64,000 bases of DNA from an uncultured Bacilli bacterium (lineage in GTDB: Bacteria; Bacillota_I; Bacilli_A; RF39; UBA660), in assembly GCA_944364655.1 (NCBI GenBank), contig CALVWG010000080.1:2634-66633 (forward strand), read 5' to 3'. A program made the position numbers and the translations under genes. The notes under the pieces were generated by a model. That model was given only the letters and a program-made list of their open reading frames with translations, made no database searches and was not told the origin of the DNA. The first letter of the stretch is position 1; each line of letters opens with the position of its first letter. Shown here one piece after another: positions 60,915 to 64,000 of this stretch.

Positions 60915-61251
60915 TCACTCTTTTTACTTCAACTGGATAAGGATTTTCAAATATGATATTTAACCCTGGCGTAATTATTTCGATGTTTTTTGTTAAATAA
61001 AAGGTTACTTTTTCATTATCATCATTTTGAATCTCTAACTCTACATCTTTATCATTTATTTTGACGTCATTTAAAATATCGTTATATGTTTTTTTATTTC
61101 GATATAAATCAATAACGTCACTAAGTTCATTTTCTAATTCATTTCTTATATAAATAATTTTACCAATATCAATAATTGCCAGCACCATAAATACAAAAAT
61201 TGGCAAAATTATTACAAATTCGACTAATGCTTGACCCCTTTTTTTATTCAT
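60901..61251 (-). CDS. tadE: TadE-like pseudopilin
   Basis: MNKKRGQALVEFVIILPIFVFMVLAIIDIG matches the TadE motif G.ALVEF..L.P. Confidence 0.65.
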   Translation of the reverse strand: MNKKRGQALVEFVIILPIFVFMVLAIIDIGKIIYIRNELENELSDVIDLYRNKKTYNDILNDVKINDKDVELEIQNDDNEKVTFYLTKNIEIITPGLNIIFENPYPVEVKRVIGYE

Positions 61252-61257
61252 TAAACG

Positions 61258-61473
61258 TCATTCCTTTTGTAATTCTAATTCTTCTTCACTCATACACGTA
61301 GCTTCACCAGGTTTATCTCCCTCAACATAAACTTTATCAGCTATACTACAAGATGATTTAGTAATCGCGTCTTTTAAATAACCGCCAAAATAAGATACTA
61401 TACTTATAGTAATAACACTAATTAAAGCAATTATTAAAACATATTCAACTAACGCTTGACCTCTATTCCCCAT
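61258..61473 (-). CDS. flp: Flp-family type IVb pilin
   Basis: 71 aa. MGNRG|QALVEYVLIIALISV is the Flp motif (G/xxxVEY plus hydrophobic helix). First gene of the locus. Confidence 0.7.
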   Translation of the reverse strand: MGNRGQALVEYVLIIALISVITISIVSYFGGYLKDAITKSSCSIADKVYVEGDKPGEATCMSEEELELQKE

Positions 61474-61496
61474 AATTCTACCCCTACTCTTTAATA

Positions 61497-61525
61497 ATTA
61501 TACCAAAAAAAAAATGAGATAACAA
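61497..61525 (-). promoter_or_regulatory. sigma-A promoter of flp-tad operon
   Basis: Minus strand TTGTTA (61520-61525), 17 nt, TGgTATAAT extended -10 (61497-61504), about 25 nt upstream of the flp RBS GAGTAGGGG. Confidence 0.55.
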
Positions 61526-61535
61526 TCCAAAAACG

Positions 61536-62057
61536 TTATTTTTGAATTGCTATCACATTAAATAAAAAGATTAACCAAATGCCAATAGCCATTTGAGCTT
61601 TATAACGGTACATTTCGTGAGATGCGACTATTTTATCTGAAAGAGTCACTATCCAACTTTCTTTGTATTTAGGAATTATGTTACTTACAGGAAACATATG
61701 TGCTTCAATCATATTTGCCTGTTTTTTGTCAATGTCAAAATATTTTTTGGCATTAATCAAAGCTATTTTAGGATGAACTTTAAAAGTTTCTTTAGTTGTA
61801 TAGCATTCTGTATCTTTATCTATAAAGAAGTCATGTAATAAGGCTGCCCTTGTTGCTCTTTCATAATCTAAGTGCATTTTCTTAGTCATCATATATGTCA
61901 TTTTAGCTACACGCATTGAATGTTCATAGCGACTAATTCCATGATGTAACTCATGCTTTAAAGCTAAAAATTTTTCGTTATTTATAATATCATCGACGAT
62001 TTGTAAAAACTCAGAAGTTTTTTTCAAACTCATATTTTTCACCTCGGACCCTAACAT
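61536..62057 (-). CDS. HD-domain phosphohydrolase-like protein
   Basis: H...HSMRVA...LLHD spacing typical of the HD superfamily. Short C-terminal hydrophobic tail. Confidence 0.55.
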   Translation of the reverse strand: MLGSEVKNMSLKKTSEFLQIVDDIINNEKFLALKHELHHGISRYEHSMRVAKMTYMMTKKMHLDYERATRAALLHDFFIDKDTECYTTKETFKVHPKIALINAKKYFDIDKKQANMIEAHMFPVSNIIPKYKESWIVTLSDKIVASHEMYRYKAQMAIGIWLIFLFNVIAIQK

Positions 62058-62104
62058 TATATCATATTCTTTTTAAAATGCAAATATGATTTTGTTGGCC
62101 TAAA

Positions 62105-63322
62105 TTAGCAACTTTTACCCGCCTTTATTCCACTCATAAAAGCAAAGCCTAAGTTATAGCCACCACAGTTACCATTGACATCTAATATTTCACCGGCAAA
62201 GTATAGATTTTTTACTTTTTTTGATTCCATCGTTTTCATATCGATTTCTTTTAATGAAACACCACCACTAGCACACTGAGCCTCATTAAAAGTTAAAGTA
62301 TCAACTATTTTAAGTGAAAAATCGGTAAGTGTTAAAATAAGTCTTTTTTGATCATTATAATTTAATTTTTGCCAAGTTAGTTCTTTTTTTATTTTTGCTT
62401 CTTTTAATAAAACATCTACTAATTGGTAAGGAATTAATTCTTCTAACATTTCATCAAGTGTATTTCTTGAAAATTCTTGACTTCGATCATTAAAAAAAGT
62501 AAATATTTCTTCAAATGTTTTTTGACTTAAAAATGGCAAAAAATTAATATGTAAGAAAATGTTTTGCTTTTTTTCTAATAACTTGGGAACCAAGTAACTA
62601 ATATTAAAAACACATATTCCACTTACACCATAATCAGTTAGTTGAATTTCACCACGATCTTTTGTTAACTCTTTATTTTCATCATAAAGCTTTACTAAAG
62701 CTTCGCATCTGATTTTTGCCCAGCGTTTTAGGAAATTAGCATCACTAACTAATTGAACTAATGCTGGTCTTGGTTTAATGATTTTATGTGAAAAAGAAGC
62801 TGCTAGCTGATACCCTAACCCGTCTGAACCTGTTTTTGGAGCGCATTTTGAACCACTAGTAATAATAACTTTGTCAAATTTAAGGTTCTCATTTTGAGGA
62901 TTAATAAAAAATGAATCTTCTTTTTTGATAATATCTGTTACCAAAAAATCTTTTTTTATTTCAACACCACACTTTAAAGCAGTTCTTTCTAAAGCATTAC
63001 GAACACTTATAGCTTGTTTAGAATAAGGATAATAATAACCATCTTTAATAAAAGGTATTAAGCCTATTTTTTTGAAAAAAGCTTTAGTTTCTTGAAAAAT
63101 ACGATCATCAAAGAAATTATTTAATTGTTCTGGATCATCACTATGATAATTAGATATGTCTTGATTTTCATTCCAATAATTACATTTACCATTACCAGTA
63201 ATAGTTATTTTTTTACCACAAATGCTGTTTCTTTCAAAAATTGTCACTTGATTATTTTTAGCGGCATTAATGCTAGCAGTTAAGCCAGCAGCACCGCCTC
63301 CTATTATTGCAATTTTGGCCAT
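62105..63322 (-). CDS. HI0933/BaiN-family NAD(FAD)-utilising dehydrogenase
   Basis: KIAIIGGGAAGL dinucleotide-binding motif. About 405 aa and C-terminal GEILDVNGNCGGYNLGFA characteristic of the family. Confidence 0.8.
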   Translation of the reverse strand: MAKIAIIGGGAAGLTASINAAKNNQVTIFERNSICGKKITITGNGKCNYWNENQDISNYHSDDPEQLNNFFDDRIFQETKAFFKKIGLIPFIKDGYYYPYSKQAISVRNALERTALKCGVEIKKDFLVTDIIKKEDSFFINPQNENLKFDKVIITSGSKCAPKTGSDGLGYQLAASFSHKIIKPRPALVQLVSDANFLKRWAKIRCEALVKLYDENKELTKDRGEIQLTDYGVSGICVFNISYLVPKLLEKKQNIFLHINFLPFLSQKTFEEIFTFFNDRSQEFSRNTLDEMLEELIPYQLVDVLLKEAKIKKELTWQKLNYNDQKRLILTLTDFSLKIVDTLTFNEAQCASGGVSLKEIDMKTMESKKVKNLYFAGEILDVNGNCGGYNLGFAFMSGIKAGKSC

Positions 63323-63332
63323 TAAAATTCAC

Positions 63333-64000
63333 TTAACTTTCTTTAAAGCCACATGATTGACATACAACTTCATCTTTTTTTTCGACCATTATCCCTTCAC
63401 ATTTCGGACATAATTTAACTGGCTTATCCCATGACGCAAAATCACATTTAGGGTAATGATTACAACCGTAAAAAATCTTGCCTCTTTTTGTTTTTTTCTC
63501 GACAATCATGCCATCACATTTAGGACAAGGCATAATATTTATTTCTTCTTTGGCTTCTTTTTTAATATATTTACAATTTGGATAATTAGAACAAGCGATA
63601 AATTCTCCGTATTTTCCTCTTCTTTTAACTAGTGGACTATGACACATTGGACACTCTTCACCAGTTTTTTCAGCTTCCTTTTTTGCCATATTTTTGAAGG
63701 CATTTTCCACCATTGGTTCGAATGTATTATAGAAATCTTTTAAAACAGCAATATTATTTTTTTCACCTTCAGCAATTAAATCTAAATCAGATTCCATTTT
63801 AGCAGTATATTTTACATTAACTATATCACTAAAAAATTCGGCTAATTTATCGGTTGTTTCGATTCCTATTTCTGTTGGCACAAATTTTTTGTCTTCCATT
63901 GAAACGTAAGCTCGATCTTTTAGTGTTTGAATAATTGGAGCATATGTACTTGGTCTTCCTATTCCTAGGCTTTCCATTTCTTTAATTAATGATCCTTCAG
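63333..64000 (-). CDS. topA: DNA topoisomerase I, C-terminal Zn-ribbon region (gene continues beyond window end)
   Basis: IGRPSTYAPI (TOPRIM/domain IV region) followed by three CxxC...CxxC zinc-ribbon repeats. The ORF-track Met is internal. Confidence 0.85.
   Translation of the reverse strand, partial: EGSLIKEMESLGIGRPSTYAPIIQTLKDRAYVSMEDKKFVPTEIGIETTDKLAEFFSDIVNVKYTAKMESDLDLIAEGEKNNIAVLKDFYNTFEPMVENAFKNMAKKEAEKTGEECPMCHSPLVKRRGKYGEFIACSNYPNCKYIKKEAKEEINIMPCPKCDGMIVEKKTKRGKIFYGCNHYPKCDFASWDKPVKLCPKCEGIMVEKKDEVVCQSCGFKES

Overview
The window is 64 kb of very AT-rich (roughly 27-30% GC, by eye) chromosomal DNA from an anaerobic, endospore-forming Bacillota (Firmicutes) genome. It uses the standard genetic code and is almost entirely transcribed on the minus strand. 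Gene order follows two classic Bacillus-type conserved blocks. The first is gpr-like/spoIIP/lepA/hemW together with rpsU-yqeY. The second is radC-mreC-mreD, then spoIVFA-like/spoIVFB-like, then rplU-prp-rpmA, then obg. Further housekeeping genes are xseA(partial)-nusB, mutS, valS behind a T-box leader, pflBA, nrdD-orf-nrdG-dut with a divergent CRP-family regulator, tgt, queA, glyA-folD, ruvAB and topA(partial). Accessory material is inserted into this backbone. (1) A family of three dispersed paralogous secreted or membrane-anchored proteins whose C-terminal ~400 aa are 85-95% identical in nucleotide sequence and carry motifs of the FGE/SUMF1 (C-type-lectin-like) fold. One copy sits next to a CPBP intramembrane protease between rpmA and obg. 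One is wedged between the spoIVFB-like gene and rplU and has its signal peptide out of frame because of a G7 homopolymer (a phase-variation candidate). One is appended, together with a classical type IV prepilin gene, to a complete Gram-positive Tad/Flp pilus operon (flp-tadE-tadF-tadZ-tadA-tadB-tadC). (2) A BclA-like collagen (GPT-repeat) protein with a beta-helix C-terminal domain lies next to a sigma-like gene. (3) Two large paralogous membrane-anchored YD-repeat proteins lie upstream of the valS T-box operon. (4) An orphan ComGC-like pseudopilin sits next to two thioredoxin-like membrane proteins. No rRNA, tRNA, CRISPR array, transposase or integrase was found. Promoters recognisable by eye are sigma-A type with extended -10 (TGnTATAAT) elements.
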